From an uncultured delta proteobacterium (lineage in GTDB: Bacteria > Desulfobacterota > Binatia > Binatales > Binataceae), in assembly GCA_963833025.1 (NCBI GenBank), contig CAWHWI010000003.1, positions 281,010 through 345,009 of the forward strand: 64,000 bases of DNA, in the 5' to 3' direction. The position numbers and the translations under genes were made by a program. Positions within the stretch are counted from its first letter, which is position 1, and the number at the start of each line of letters is the position of its first letter. The notes under the pieces are model-generated. The model was not told where the DNA came from. It saw only the letters and a program-made list of their open reading frames with translations, and did no database searches. Positions 48,404 through 58,600 of this stretch are shown one piece after another.

Positions 48404-48499
48404 CAGCTCGAATGAAATTAGCGTGATATCCGCTCAGCGGCGGCGGACTTGAGAGTCCGCCGCCGCTCTTGCATGCGCACGCATCTGCTTAAGGCTCGA

Positions 48500-49531
48500 T
48501 CAAACTCCGGCGCGGCTCGGGCGCATCCTGAGAATCTGGCGGATCCCCCACGCTGTGGAATGTGAGTCGCGAACGCATTCGCGGAGTACTCCGAGATAGC
48601 CGCGCGTCACGTGCACGGACTCCTTGAAGTCGGACTTCGACATCAGGACACGATGAAGCTCCGGCAGCCGATAGAACGGAACGCTCGGATAGAAGTGATG
48701 CTCAATGTGATAGTTGACGTTCTTCGGCGCGACGAAAATGTGGTCGAGTACGGACGCGCGCGTGGACCTGGTCTGCGCGTAGGCGTTGGCGCGGCCCTCG
48801 ATGGCGGAATGCTCGGCGATACTGCGGACGCGGAAGATCACGATCAGCCAGGTGAACAACGGAACAAACCAGTACATCGCGAGTAGATGAAGCGCGCCGA
48901 ACCATGCGAACATCGCGACGACCGCGGCGTAAAATCCGTATCGAGCCGCCAGAAAGCCGCGGCTGACGCCAGTGTCCCGCGACAAAAGCATGACCGCTAG
49001 CTTCAGATAGTAGATAGCGCCGAGCCCGGAGACGTCGCGCAGCATCAACATCGTGAGCCGCCGCCGCTGCTGAGGAAACACCCAGGTCGCGTCGCCCTGC
49101 CGGCGCGCCCAGTCGGGATCCTGGCCGGTATTCAAATAGCGATGATGCGCGAAATGGTTCTTGCGGTAAGCGCGCGCCGAAATGAGGTTCGGCCATGCCA
49201 GGATAATCTCGGCGGTCCAGTCGTTGAGGCGCCGGCCTCTGAACAGGCGATAGTGAACGCCGTCGTGCATCAGAATGAGCAGCGCGTGTTGCCGCGCTCC
49301 AATGAACGCAACTGTCAGCAGGTACACGACGGGGTTGAAGAAGCGTCGGCATAGACAGACTGCGGCCAGTATCAGCGTCCACTCGGCGACGATGTGAAAG
49401 GTACTTCTGAGCGGGCTCAGAGCTGACAATTGGTGGAGTTCGTCGCGCGTGAGCTTGATTGGAATATTGCCCGCGAAGTCGTCCGACGGACGACTATCTG
49501 CGAGTCGTTCGCTTGCCAAATCGATGTTCAT
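48500..49531 (-). CDS. membrane fatty acid desaturase family protein
   Basis: Has histidine boxes HDGVH, HFAHHRY and HIEHHF, plus TM helices. Confidence 0.8.
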   Translation of the reverse strand: MNIDLASERLADSRPSDDFAGNIPIKLTRDELHQLSALSPLRSTFHIVAEWTLILAAVCLCRRFFNPVVYLLTVAFIGARQHALLILMHDGVHYRLFRGRRLNDWTAEIILAWPNLISARAYRKNHFAHHRYLNTGQDPDWARRQGDATWVFPQQRRRLTMLMLRDVSGLGAIYYLKLAVMLLSRDTGVSRGFLAARYGFYAAVVAMFAWFGALHLLAMYWFVPLFTWLIVIFRVRSIAEHSAIEGRANAYAQTRSTRASVLDHIFVAPKNVNYHIEHHFYPSVPFYRLPELHRVLMSKSDFKESVHVTRGYLGVLRECVRDSHSTAWGIRQILRMRPSRAGV

Positions 49532-49593
49532 ATTTTTCCTCGTTTCGTTTTTAGGATTGAGAAGTCAATTCTTCGGAAGCCTGAGGGCCGGAT

Positions 49594-50271
49594 TCAGAGC
49601 TGGGCGTGCGCGGCAGGAATTTCCTCGACTCTGGCCGCAAAGCGATTCGCCGCCGGCCTCAACCGATCGGAATTGTCGAACCGGATAGTCAGATAGTTGT
49701 CCGGGCTTTCGATCCTCAACCGATGAACGTTCGAGGTTAGCTTCGCCAGCGCTTCCCCTTCGAGAATCATCGGCTGAACCCATGGCAGACCCTGACCGGG
49801 GCATTCGAGATACGGATACTCGACGGGCGCGCCGGCGTTGACGAAGCCCATAGCGGTGTAAAATCCGCCATGACTTCCGACCGCCAGATAGACCAGCACC
49901 GCGCGCGGGTTTCGTCGAACAACCTGAACCGCGATACCGCGCCAGGCATGCATACCGGCGCCGCGCGTCAGCGACCAATGGTCGCTGCACTCCAAAACGG
50001 ACCGAGGCGCGAGATGCGAGAGATCAGGCTCGCGACAGCTTTGCGGAAAGGCCTCGAGGTTATGCAGCGCGACACCGGCCGTCATGCGTTCCGCTGGGTC
50101 ATGTTCTGTCTCGAACAACCCGCAAATATCCGCGGCGTTCAGACGAACCATATTTGCGGCACGGGTGGCGCCCGCATCCTGGTAGCTGGCGCCATGCCGG
50201 GCGCGCGCGTCGGCTAGTCGTTGGGCGAAAACGCTTCGTTCGCCTTCTGTGGTTAAGAGGCGCAATTCCAT
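49594..50271 (-). CDS. putative FeeM/OlsB-like N-acyltransferase (Acetyltransf_5, GNAT superfamily)
   Basis: 225 aa. The N-terminus LRLLTTEGERSVFAQRLADARARHG resembles the L.VRLA.TE.E…AQRLRY motif of N-acyl amino acid synthases. It is co-oriented and adjacent to the desaturase. The assignment is tentative. Confidence 0.45.
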   Translation of the reverse strand: MELRLLTTEGERSVFAQRLADARARHGASYQDAGATRAANMVRLNAADICGLFETEHDPAERMTAGVALHNLEAFPQSCREPDLSHLAPRSVLECSDHWSLTRGAGMHAWRGIAVQVVRRNPRAVLVYLAVGSHGGFYTAMGFVNAGAPVEYPYLECPGQGLPWVQPMILEGEALAKLTSNVHRLRIESPDNYLTIRFDNSDRLRPAANRFAARVEEIPAAHAQL

Positions 50272-50631
50272 TGGTAATCTCCTTTTTTCTGATGAGCGAT
50301 TGCAAAAATGGACGGCAAAAATGGAAGGGGAGGTGCGGCTGGATCAACGCGCAGGCGGCCCGCGGGGTGTCGGAATTATCGGGCGGCGATACTGAACCGT
50401 AAAAACTTGACTCTTTAGCGGTCCGAATTTCGCACATCCGATCATTGGAACAGTAGACCTGGGGTCACTTTTAGCTCCATTCGCTAACACAGAGTCAACA
50501 GGTGGCACGAAAAAATCTCGGCTTCTTTTCCCGGCCTGTTTTATGTTAAGTAAACAATACGTTGGCAGCGTCTAGACAGGTTGTGTTGATTTTACAGAAC
50601 CAATGTCAAGTCTGCTGAAGGAGTCGCGACA

Positions 50632-50943
50632 ATGATTGTGACAAGAAAGCGTTCTTCGACTTTCGACGGATTAGCAGCCGATATAGTGAAGACCAGCGAG
50701 GCTTCGCGCTCTTTGTCGTCCGCTTCCCACCGCGTCCATTCGGAAATTCGGTTTCTCGAGCAACACGACTACGCGCGCCCGCTGCGTAGATCGCTGGGAC
50801 GCGTCGAGATTCGAGCGATAGTTGCGGAAGCCAGACGTTCGGTATGGCCGCATTTGAACGAGGAACCCGTGAGACTGGTTTCGCCGGGGGAATTCACGCG
50901 ATTCTGGTCGGGGTTGGGAGTTCAGTTCCGGCTGACAAGCTGA
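50632..50943 (+). CDS. hypothetical ORF overlapping the 5' end of the ImmA-like gene (doubtful)
   Basis: 103 aa in a different frame from 50844..51440, overlapping it by 100 nt. It may be spurious. Confidence 0.25.
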   Translation: MIVTRKRSSTFDGLAADIVKTSEASRSLSSASHRVHSEIRFLEQHDYARPLRRSLGRVEIRAIVAEARRSVWPHLNEEPVRLVSPGEFTRFWSGLGVQFRLTS

Positions 50944-51440
50944 GCGGACCTGCGGGTCTTGCCCTATTGGGGTTTTACGTGCGAAAAATGGGCGGGTCGC
51001 GGCTGCCTCTGATTTGCGTGAACACGGCGCATCATCCGGCTGCGGTCGGTGCGGCATTTTCTCACGAAATGGGCCATCACCTGACCGGCCAGCTCTTTGA
51101 TTCGCACAGAGACCACGCTCAGCTCCTGGCCTATACCTCTTACGGGGAGCATCTGGAGGAGCCGGAGGAGCTGGCGGCGGACGTCCTAGTGAGCTTGGGG
51201 GTGTATCCGAAATCAGTTGCGCGGAAAATTTTTATGAACACCGAGGAAAAGAAGATACCGAGATCCGCCGCCGAAGAACTTCCGGGCGCGGTATCTGCGA
51301 CGGTGCTCAAATACTTTGAGGTCCGATATGGTCTCAGTTTCGGCGAAAGGCTGCCCTCTACCAGGAAACTTCAGTACCTGGCTGGACTGATTCATTTTGC
51401 AAAATTGAGACGCGCCCTGCTTACCGAGTACGATCTATGA
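50844..51440 (+). CDS. ImmA/IrrE-family (COG2856, DUF955) zinc metallopeptidase
   Basis: Has the HEMGHHL HEXXH motif in the context LPLICVNTAHHPAAVGAAFSHEMGHHLTGQLF. There is no in-frame start upstream of ATG 50844, because an in-frame stop lies at 50787. Confidence 0.7.
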   Translation: MAAFERGTRETGFAGGIHAILVGVGSSVPADKLSGPAGLALLGFYVRKMGGSRLPLICVNTAHHPAAVGAAFSHEMGHHLTGQLFDSHRDHAQLLAYTSYGEHLEEPEELAADVLVSLGVYPKSVARKIFMNTEEKKIPRSAAEELPGAVSATVLKYFEVRYGLSFGERLPSTRKLQYLAGLIHFAKLRRALLTEYDL

Positions 51441-51871
51441 GCCAGAAGAACAGTCTCGGGCGGCTGATAAAGCAAAAACGCAAAGAACTCGATTTGACGC
51501 AGCGCGCGCTGGCAAAGCAGCTCGGCGTCGAAGCAAGTCACGTCGCATACCTCGAGAGCGGAAAGCGCAAACCGTCGTTGACGCTGATGGCCCGGCTCGA
51601 AGACGCGCTTGGCGTCAGCCGACAGCAGATTTTTCTTCTCACGCATCCCGAGTCTGCCGCGGTGGTGAATCCCAGCGACAGTATTCCACCGCGCGAACGA
51701 CCCGCTGACGAGTGGCGTCAGTTCATCACCGATCGTGCCTTCGTCAAGCGGCATCAGATCACGCGGCGCGAACTTCGAGCGTTCAAGGAATTGAGCCTGC
51801 TTGGCTACGTCCTTTCGCGACATCAATTGTTGGCGATCCTGACGATGATTCGCGAGCCCCGGGATGGCTAG
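51437..51871 (+). CDS. XRE-family HTH transcriptional regulator
   Basis: LDLTQRALAKQLGVEASHVAYLESGKRKPS is an XRE HTH. Its start overlaps the ImmA stop (ATGA). Confidence 0.75.
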   Translation: MSQKNSLGRLIKQKRKELDLTQRALAKQLGVEASHVAYLESGKRKPSLTLMARLEDALGVSRQQIFLLTHPESAAVVNPSDSIPPRERPADEWRQFITDRAFVKRHQITRRELRAFKELSLLGYVLSRHQLLAILTMIREPRDG

Positions 51872-51984
51872 CGACGACGCCTGAGCTTTGACGTTCTCCC
51901 GCCAGCGCGCCTCGAGGGGCGCGCGAGTTTTTCCACAATTCCGAATCGAAATGCGGTCGCGGCACTCATGCCGATGCGCGACAA

Positions 51985-53355
51985 TTGCGCGAATTCGTAC
52001 TGAGATCATCAGCGAGGCTTGCAGTGCAGAAATTTTACGAAATTCCCGACAGTCCCGCGGGACGCCAGCTTGCGTGGTATCTCGAGCGCGTCAGCTCCGC
52101 GGGCGAAGGCGCGTCCGAGACCGAACTCGACGCTCGATGCGCTCTGAAGATGAATGTGCGCGCGCCGTTTCCGTATCCGCACGAAGTGATGACCGGCGGA
52201 TGGGAGCGATGCTGCGAGAGCTACGGCGATTTCACAGTGGCGTCGGTCGAGCAGATTTCGGACTTCCACCTGACAGCCAGGTTGGAGAGCGCCAGCAAGA
52301 AATTTCGGCTGTCGATCGAGGTCGAAGACCGCGAGCCGCATCGAATCACCGTGCTCAATCGCGAGCGTATCCTGGATTTCGAGGTAGTGTCGTGCGAGGC
52401 GACGATTGCGGACGCGGCCGTGCTCGCGGACATCGAGCGGCGATGCCCAATCGTGCTTGGCGACGGCGTCACGATGACGATCGAGCGGGGCGACGACTAC
52501 TTTGCGTTTACGCGGCTGATGGACGACTTCGTGGTCGCGCTGGGTTGCGTGGATGGAAAGCCGGCGGGCGTCAACGTGGCCGCGCTGCATACCGTGCGGG
52601 TGGGAGAGCGCAATTATCGCGCCCACGCGTTCGCACACCTGCGCATTCTTCCGGAGCATCAGAAGAAAGGCCTGTGGGGCGCGATCAACCGCGTTTTCGA
52701 CCAGAAGTATCCGAAAGGATCGTCAGACGGAGAAACCGCGTACGTGTCGGTTGATAACGCCGCGATGCTGCGAGGCTTTGCCGGCGCGCCGCGATGGAGC
52801 ATTCATGCGATTCGCGCGCAACTTGTGTGCGCGTCGCTCGCCGGTCCGCAGGTCGGACGACCGGCCCTCCCGCGCGATGCGTCGCGAATCGTCGAGATTC
52901 TGAACGCAACGCACGAATCCGACGAGATGTACTTGCCGTACACGGTGGAGTCATTCACCGCGCGCGTCGAACGGTCGCCGCGCGACTACTGCTGGGAGCG
53001 AGTGCGGATGACGGATCGCGCGGTGGTGGGCGTGTGGCCGGCGGGCGACACGGTGCGGTTCATAATCGAGTCGAAGGGCAACCGCGTCGAGTCGCGGCGC
53101 GGTCTCGCGCTGGATTGGGGGTTTTTATCGGGCGCGGAAGACGAGTTCGAGGCGCTTCTCCGCGCGCAATGCGGATGGCTTTCCGATCGCGGTCTGGACC
53201 GACTGTCGCTGTTCACGTCGGAGGCGTCCGCCGGATACGAGCGCGTGCGCGCCCTGGCGAGCGAGTTGGAACGGTACGTAGTGATTTCATTCGGCATCCC
53301 GGAGCCACCGGGCGCAGCCGCCCGCGCCTTGTACGTCGATCCGATTTACTTTTAG
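51985..53355 (+). CDS. GNAT-fold acyltransferase with N-terminal extra domain (tandem GNAT-like)
   Basis: The start is TTG 51985 or GTG 52024. It contains a Q/R-x-x-G-x-G/A-like motif (HQKKGLWGAI) and a second GNAT-like half. The alternative frame 51888..52754 is Arg-rich and rejected. Confidence 0.6.
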   Translation: MREFVLRSSARLAVQKFYEIPDSPAGRQLAWYLERVSSAGEGASETELDARCALKMNVRAPFPYPHEVMTGGWERCCESYGDFTVASVEQISDFHLTARLESASKKFRLSIEVEDREPHRITVLNRERILDFEVVSCEATIADAAVLADIERRCPIVLGDGVTMTIERGDDYFAFTRLMDDFVVALGCVDGKPAGVNVAALHTVRVGERNYRAHAFAHLRILPEHQKKGLWGAINRVFDQKYPKGSSDGETAYVSVDNAAMLRGFAGAPRWSIHAIRAQLVCASLAGPQVGRPALPRDASRIVEILNATHESDEMYLPYTVESFTARVERSPRDYCWERVRMTDRAVVGVWPAGDTVRFIIESKGNRVESRRGLALDWGFLSGAEDEFEALLRAQCGWLSDRGLDRLSLFTSEASAGYERVRALASELERYVVISFGIPEPPGAAARALYVDPIYF

Positions 53356-53429
53356 GATCACGCTGGCCGCGGAGCAGTTAGCACAGTAGCATCACGGTAA
53401 AGCTGATCGACGCAAAGAGGAGAGGCCAT

Positions 53430-54647
53430 ATGGAGCTGGCACCCAAGCGGGCCGGATTCGCGCCCGAACGAATCAATCGAATCACCGAACACCTGGACAA
53501 GAACTATATCGCGCCCAGCAAAAGCAAAATCGCCGGCTGCCAGACTCTGGTGGCGAGACACGGCCACGTAGCCTATTTCAAATCGCAAGGCTTGATGGAT
53601 CGCGAGCGCCGCAAGCCGATGGCGGACGATACAATCTTCCGGCTCTATTCGATGACCAAACCGATCGCGTCGGTGGCTCTGATGACTCTCTACGAGCAGG
53701 GTCACTTTCAGCTCAACGATCCGGTGTCGCGTTTCATTCCGGCGTGGCGCGATCAGAAGGTGTGGGTGTCGGGCGAAGGCGCGAGCATGGAGACTGCGGC
53801 GCCGGCGCGGCCGATGACGATGCGTCACGTGCTGAGCCACAGTGGCGGACTTACCTACGGCGCCACCAATCATCCTGTTGACCGTGCCTATCGCGAAGTC
53901 GGCGTGGGACGCGGCGCGGGCGAGACGCTTAGCGGGTTTGCGGACAAGCTCGCGAAGGTGCCGCTGCGTTACCAGCCGGGAGAGCATTGGATGTACTCGC
54001 TGTCGACGGACGTATGCGGCTACCTGGTCGAGGCGATTTCGGGAAAGCGCTTCGACCAATATCTGCAAGAGACTATTTTCGATCCGCTCGACATGAAGGA
54101 CACGTCGTTCATGGTGGCGCCGCGCAAGACGGATCGTTTCGCGGCTAACTACGAGCGACAGGCCGACAAAACGCTGAAGCTGATCGACGATCCGGAGCGC
54201 AGCAACTATCTGAAGCAGCCCACCTTCTTTTCGGGCGGCGGAGGACTTACCGGCACGGCGGCGGACTACTTGCGCTTCTGCGAGATGCTGCGGCGCGGCG
54301 GCGAGCTGGGCGGCGCGCGCATCCTGGGACCTCGCACGATCGAGTTGATGCATCGCAACCACCTCGCCGGCGGCAAAGACCTAAGCCAGATGGCGATTGG
54401 CGCGTTCTCGGAAACTGCGTACGAAGGGGTCGGGTTCGGGCTCGGCTTCGCTATGACGCTCGGACAGGTCGAGGCGGGCGGTCTCGGCGGCGGCGAGTAT
54501 TACTGGGGCGGCGCGGCCTCGACTATCTTCTGGGTGGACCCGAAGGAAGACATGGTGGTGATTTTCATGACCCAGCTGATGCCGTCGGCCACCTTCAACT
54601 TCCGCGGACAACTCAGGAACATCATCTATTCGGCAATCGTCGAGTAA
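53430..54647 (+). CDS. beta-lactamase / transpeptidase-family serine hydrolase
   Basis: Has SxxK (SMTK), a YSLS region and HxG/KTG-like (LTGTAADY), 405 aa. Confidence 0.8.
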   Translation: MELAPKRAGFAPERINRITEHLDKNYIAPSKSKIAGCQTLVARHGHVAYFKSQGLMDRERRKPMADDTIFRLYSMTKPIASVALMTLYEQGHFQLNDPVSRFIPAWRDQKVWVSGEGASMETAAPARPMTMRHVLSHSGGLTYGATNHPVDRAYREVGVGRGAGETLSGFADKLAKVPLRYQPGEHWMYSLSTDVCGYLVEAISGKRFDQYLQETIFDPLDMKDTSFMVAPRKTDRFAANYERQADKTLKLIDDPERSNYLKQPTFFSGGGGLTGTAADYLRFCEMLRRGGELGGARILGPRTIELMHRNHLAGGKDLSQMAIGAFSETAYEGVGFGLGFAMTLGQVEAGGLGGGEYYWGGAASTIFWVDPKEDMVVIFMTQLMPSATFNFRGQLRNIIYSAIVE

Positions 54648-54666
54648 GTGGGCGAGGAGACCTTGA

Positions 54667-55629
54667 ATGAAAGCTGCGGTCTACTATCAAAACGGCGGTC
54701 CGGAAGTCCTCAAGTACGAGGACGTTCCCGATCCCGAGTGCCATCCCAAAGGCGTGGTGATTCGCGTCGAGGCTGTAAGTATCGAGGGCGGCGACACGCT
54801 CAATCGTTGGCATGGCGCGCTGTTCAGTAAGCCTCATGTTGTTGGCTACCAGGCCGGCGGCGAGATCGTCGAGGTAGGTTCGGAGGTGACAGACCTGAAG
54901 GTAGGCCAGAAGGTCACCACCGTTAATGCTATGGGCTCACATGCGGCGCTGCGATCGGTGCCGGCGCGCAACGCGTGGCTGGTGCCACGCGGATTCGACA
55001 TCAAGCTGGCCGCGGCCATCCCCGTTCCGTTCGGCACCGCGGACGATTGCCTGTTCGAATTCGGCAAGCTGAAGGCGGGAGAGACAGTGCTGGTGCAGGC
55101 GGGCGCGAGCGGTGTCGGCGTCGCGGCAATTCAGCTTGCCAAGCGAGCCGGTGCTACAGTGCTGGCGACAGCGTCGAGCAACGAGCGGCTGGAGCGGCTG
55201 AAGCCGCTAGGTCTCGATCATGGGATCAACTATAAGACTGATGACGTCGTAAAGTCGGTCATGAAGATTACCCATAACCGGGGCGTCGACCTGGTTGTTG
55301 ACCCTGTAGGTGGCGCGACGTTGCAGGGCAGCCTGCTATCACTCGCCTATCGCGGGCGGGTCTCGATGGTCGGCGCCGCGGGACGCGAAGCCATGACGGT
55401 TGACGTATCGTCGTTGATGGCGGGCAATCGCTCCCTGACCGGAGTTTTCCTGGGCGCCGAAATAGGCACCGATCGTGCCCATAACATGATCCAGCGGCTG
55501 ATCGACGAGGCTGCCCGCGGCGAATTGAAGGTCGTGATCGATCGAACCTTTCCGTTATCGGAGGCCGCCGCGGCGCACGCTTACATCGAGAGTCGGCAGG
55601 CAGTCGGAAGGGTTCTTCTAATCCCATAG
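54667..55629 (+). CDS. zinc-binding MDR superfamily alcohol dehydrogenase / quinone oxidoreductase
   Basis: Has the GAxGxVG Rossmann motif (QAGASGVGVAAIQLAKRAGA). Confidence 0.8.
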   Translation: MKAAVYYQNGGPEVLKYEDVPDPECHPKGVVIRVEAVSIEGGDTLNRWHGALFSKPHVVGYQAGGEIVEVGSEVTDLKVGQKVTTVNAMGSHAALRSVPARNAWLVPRGFDIKLAAAIPVPFGTADDCLFEFGKLKAGETVLVQAGASGVGVAAIQLAKRAGATVLATASSNERLERLKPLGLDHGINYKTDDVVKSVMKITHNRGVDLVVDPVGGATLQGSLLSLAYRGRVSMVGAAGREAMTVDVSSLMAGNRSLTGVFLGAEIGTDRAHNMIQRLIDEAARGELKVVIDRTFPLSEAAAAHAYIESRQAVGRVLLIP

Positions 55630-55662
55630 GGTTACAATTTCCGCGGACTCAGTTAGCGAAGA

Positions 55663-58600
55663 ATGCCGGCGGCAGCGAAAGCAAGGCCTCGTATCGAAGC
55701 AACAATCCCTGCACCACGTCCGGTCAGAGAGTGGTTTGGGATTCCCATTTCGCCGAGGCTCAGCGCGGAAGTCCCTGGGCTGATGCTGCTAGGGCTTGCG
55801 CTAATCGTCAATGCAATATTGCTTTGGCCGGAAGTTCGCATTGAGCGGGTGCCGGTCAACGACCTGAGCTTCCATATCGCAGCATCGAAACGCCTGGCTG
55901 ACAGTCTTACCACGGGTGACTCGTTCCTTGACCCATGGATGTCGCAATGGGCGCTGGGATATCCACTGTGGCACTTCTATCAGCCGCTCCCGCACATGGT
56001 AGCGGGGTTGTGGCTTTCAATAACGAGTCATTTCGCTTCGGCACCTGCGTCATTCGCCGTGCTCTACTATCTGTTGATGGTAGTGTTACCAGCTTCGACC
56101 TATCTGGGTGCGCGCCTATTAGGTCTTGAGCCGCTCGCGGCGGGTTTCGCGACAATTCTTATCCTGGGAGTTAGCGAGGTCGGCGACCTCAGCCGCTATG
56201 GGCTGTCTTACGGTGCGTATGTTCGACGCGGTTCCGGCCTTTACACCCAACTGATGTCCTACAACCTGCTGATGCCGGCGCTAGGACTCGCCAACTACTC
56301 GCTCAACACAGGCCGGCGGCGAATCCTGGCGGCTTTCCTGATTGCGGCTACCGCACTGTCACATGTCGTGTTCGGCTACGCGCTAATTGTCTCGATAGCA
56401 GTCATCGCGCTGGTCGGACCGCGTGGCGACCGCTCGCGGCGAGTCGTCCGCGCCGCATCGATCCTGATTCCCGCCGTCATCCTACTCGCGTGGTTCGTCG
56501 TTCCGATGCTGCTGGCCAGCGGCGAGGCGAACCGCTGCCGCTGGGATGACGTTTGGAAGTTCGACTCGTGGGGAGCGCGCAACATAATCAACACGCTGTT
56601 CTCGGGGCGCTTTTTCGACGACGGCCGCCTACCTGTTATGACGCTGTCGATTGCGGCCGCGTCGCTGCTCGCGCTGTATCGGTGGAGAAGGCCGATGCCG
56701 CGACGTCTGCTGGTTCTTACCGCGGTGTGGCTGGCGATTTTTTTCGGCCGCACGACCTGGGGATACTTCATGCTCGCGCTGGGACTGCCCGGGACGTTTC
56801 ACGTCAGCCGTTTCGAATCTGTTTTCGAACTGTTCGCCGTGTTGTTGACGGCCTGGGCGTTTGCCCAAGTCGTCAAGGTCGCCCGGCGGGCCGGATCCGC
56901 GGCTAAACTCGCGACCGTGATCGTATTGGGCGCCATGGCGATCGTGATTTTCGCCGAGCGCGCGAGTTACCTGCGCCTGAACAACCTATGGGGCGACGAA
57001 AGTCTTGCCGAGATCGCGCGCGAGGGCCCCGATCTCGACGCGTCGCTGGCTGACATCCGCACGATAATGCGCGAGCGCCCGGGCCGCGTATGGAACGGTC
57101 CGACGGGAATGTGGGCCAGGAGTTTCTTAATCGCCGCGTCGCAGCCGTATTCGTTTCTGACGCTGGCCGGCTTCGATGAGCTCAGCTTTCTCTATCACAG
57201 CTTGTCGTGGGGCGCTGACGTGACGGCCGAACTCGACGAGAAGGATCCTTACCAGGCCCAGCTATTCGCGATGCGCGCGGTGCTTGCGCCCGTGACTCAC
57301 ACAGCGCCCCCCAATTGGAAGCGTCGCGCAATTCACGGCCAGCTCGCCGTCTACGAAGCTTCCAGTGAGGGTTACTTCGGCCTGGTGGATATTGGCGCGC
57401 GCTACGATGGTTCCTTATCGAGCGTGCTCAACCGCGACTGGGGATGGATGCAAAATCCCGGGGTGCGCGCCGGCGCGGTGGTCGCGCTCGGAGGCGATCT
57501 CAAGGGAGTGCCGGAATGGAAAATGTTTCAAGCACTGCCGCCGCCCGATCCGCGATTTTTGACTCCGCGCGGAGAAGTGGTTTCCGAAAGCAAACAGGGT
57601 GAGACCTATAGCGCGCGACTGGCATTGCTTCGACCTTGTTACGCGTTGCTCAAGATCACGTACTTTCCAGGGCAGGAAGCCACCGTTGACGGTAAGCCCG
57701 CGCCAATCTATCGCGTGTATCCCGATTTCTGTGCGATCCCGGTCGGCACGGGGGAACATCAAATCGAAGTGCGATACCGTCCCGGACCTATCAAGCCGAT
57801 ATTGCTGATCGCCGGCTTCATCCTGGTGGGCTTGATCGCGCAAGCGATGCGCAGGCCGAGCTACGCTGCGATGGAACGCAGGATTACCGCGCGGCTGGCG
57901 GAAATCGCGACCCCTTGGGACACTCCCAGGACGCGAACGGCGCTGGCGCTCGCAGTTCTGATCCTGCTCTTCACGCACACCCTGTTCGGCGGCAAACTGA
58001 TCGACGGCCATGACTCGCTCGAGTACCCGCCTCGGCTGACTGAATTCGCCAAAATACTTGGCGACCATCAATTCCCGCCGGTATGGGCGCCGGATCTCGG
58101 CGCTGGGCATGGACAGCCGCTTTTCGAGTTCGCGCCGCCCTTGATCTACGCGATAGCACTGCCTTTCTTCAAAGTCGGCTTCTCGCTGGCGAACTCGCTT
58201 CAATTTGGATCGGCAATTCTGTTCGCTCTCGGCGCGATCGCGATATTCCTCATAGGCCGAGAACTCTCGTTTTCCCGTGTCGCGTCGATCTGCGCGGCAG
58301 GCGCGTGGCTGTTCGCGCCGTATCAGTCTCTGGACATGTACGTGTCTGCGCGATTCGCCGAGTCGTCCGCTATTGCAGTGGCTCCCGTGGCGCTGCTCGG
58401 GCTGATCATAGCTCTTCAACGCCCGACTGCAATCAGTGTGCTGCTAGGCGCGCTTGCCATGGCGATGTTGCCGCTCGCACACAATGCGATCGCGCTCCTG
58501 ATGTTCCCGGCATTCGCGGCGATAGTCGCGGTTCGTTCCATCGTCTCCGAACATCGGCTGAAAACCGCCGCGGCCGGCGCTGGCGTGATGGTCGGTGGAC

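Noticed and set aside
49594-50271. LuxI-type acyl-homoserine-lactone synthase
   Set aside because: It lacks the conserved LuxI N-terminal R…F…W/E…D block. Its resemblance is closer to the FeeM/OlsB N-acyltransferase N-terminus, so I called it that, tentatively.
51888-52754. 288-aa Arg-rich plus-strand ORF
   Set aside because: It is an alternative frame of the GNAT gene 51985..53355. Its composition (RRRxR repeats) indicates the wrong frame.
53430-54647. Class C beta-lactamase conferring resistance
   Set aside because: Only the generic SxxK serine-hydrolase signature is present. The class C YAN/KTG elements are not convincingly seen. It is kept as a family-level serine hydrolase.
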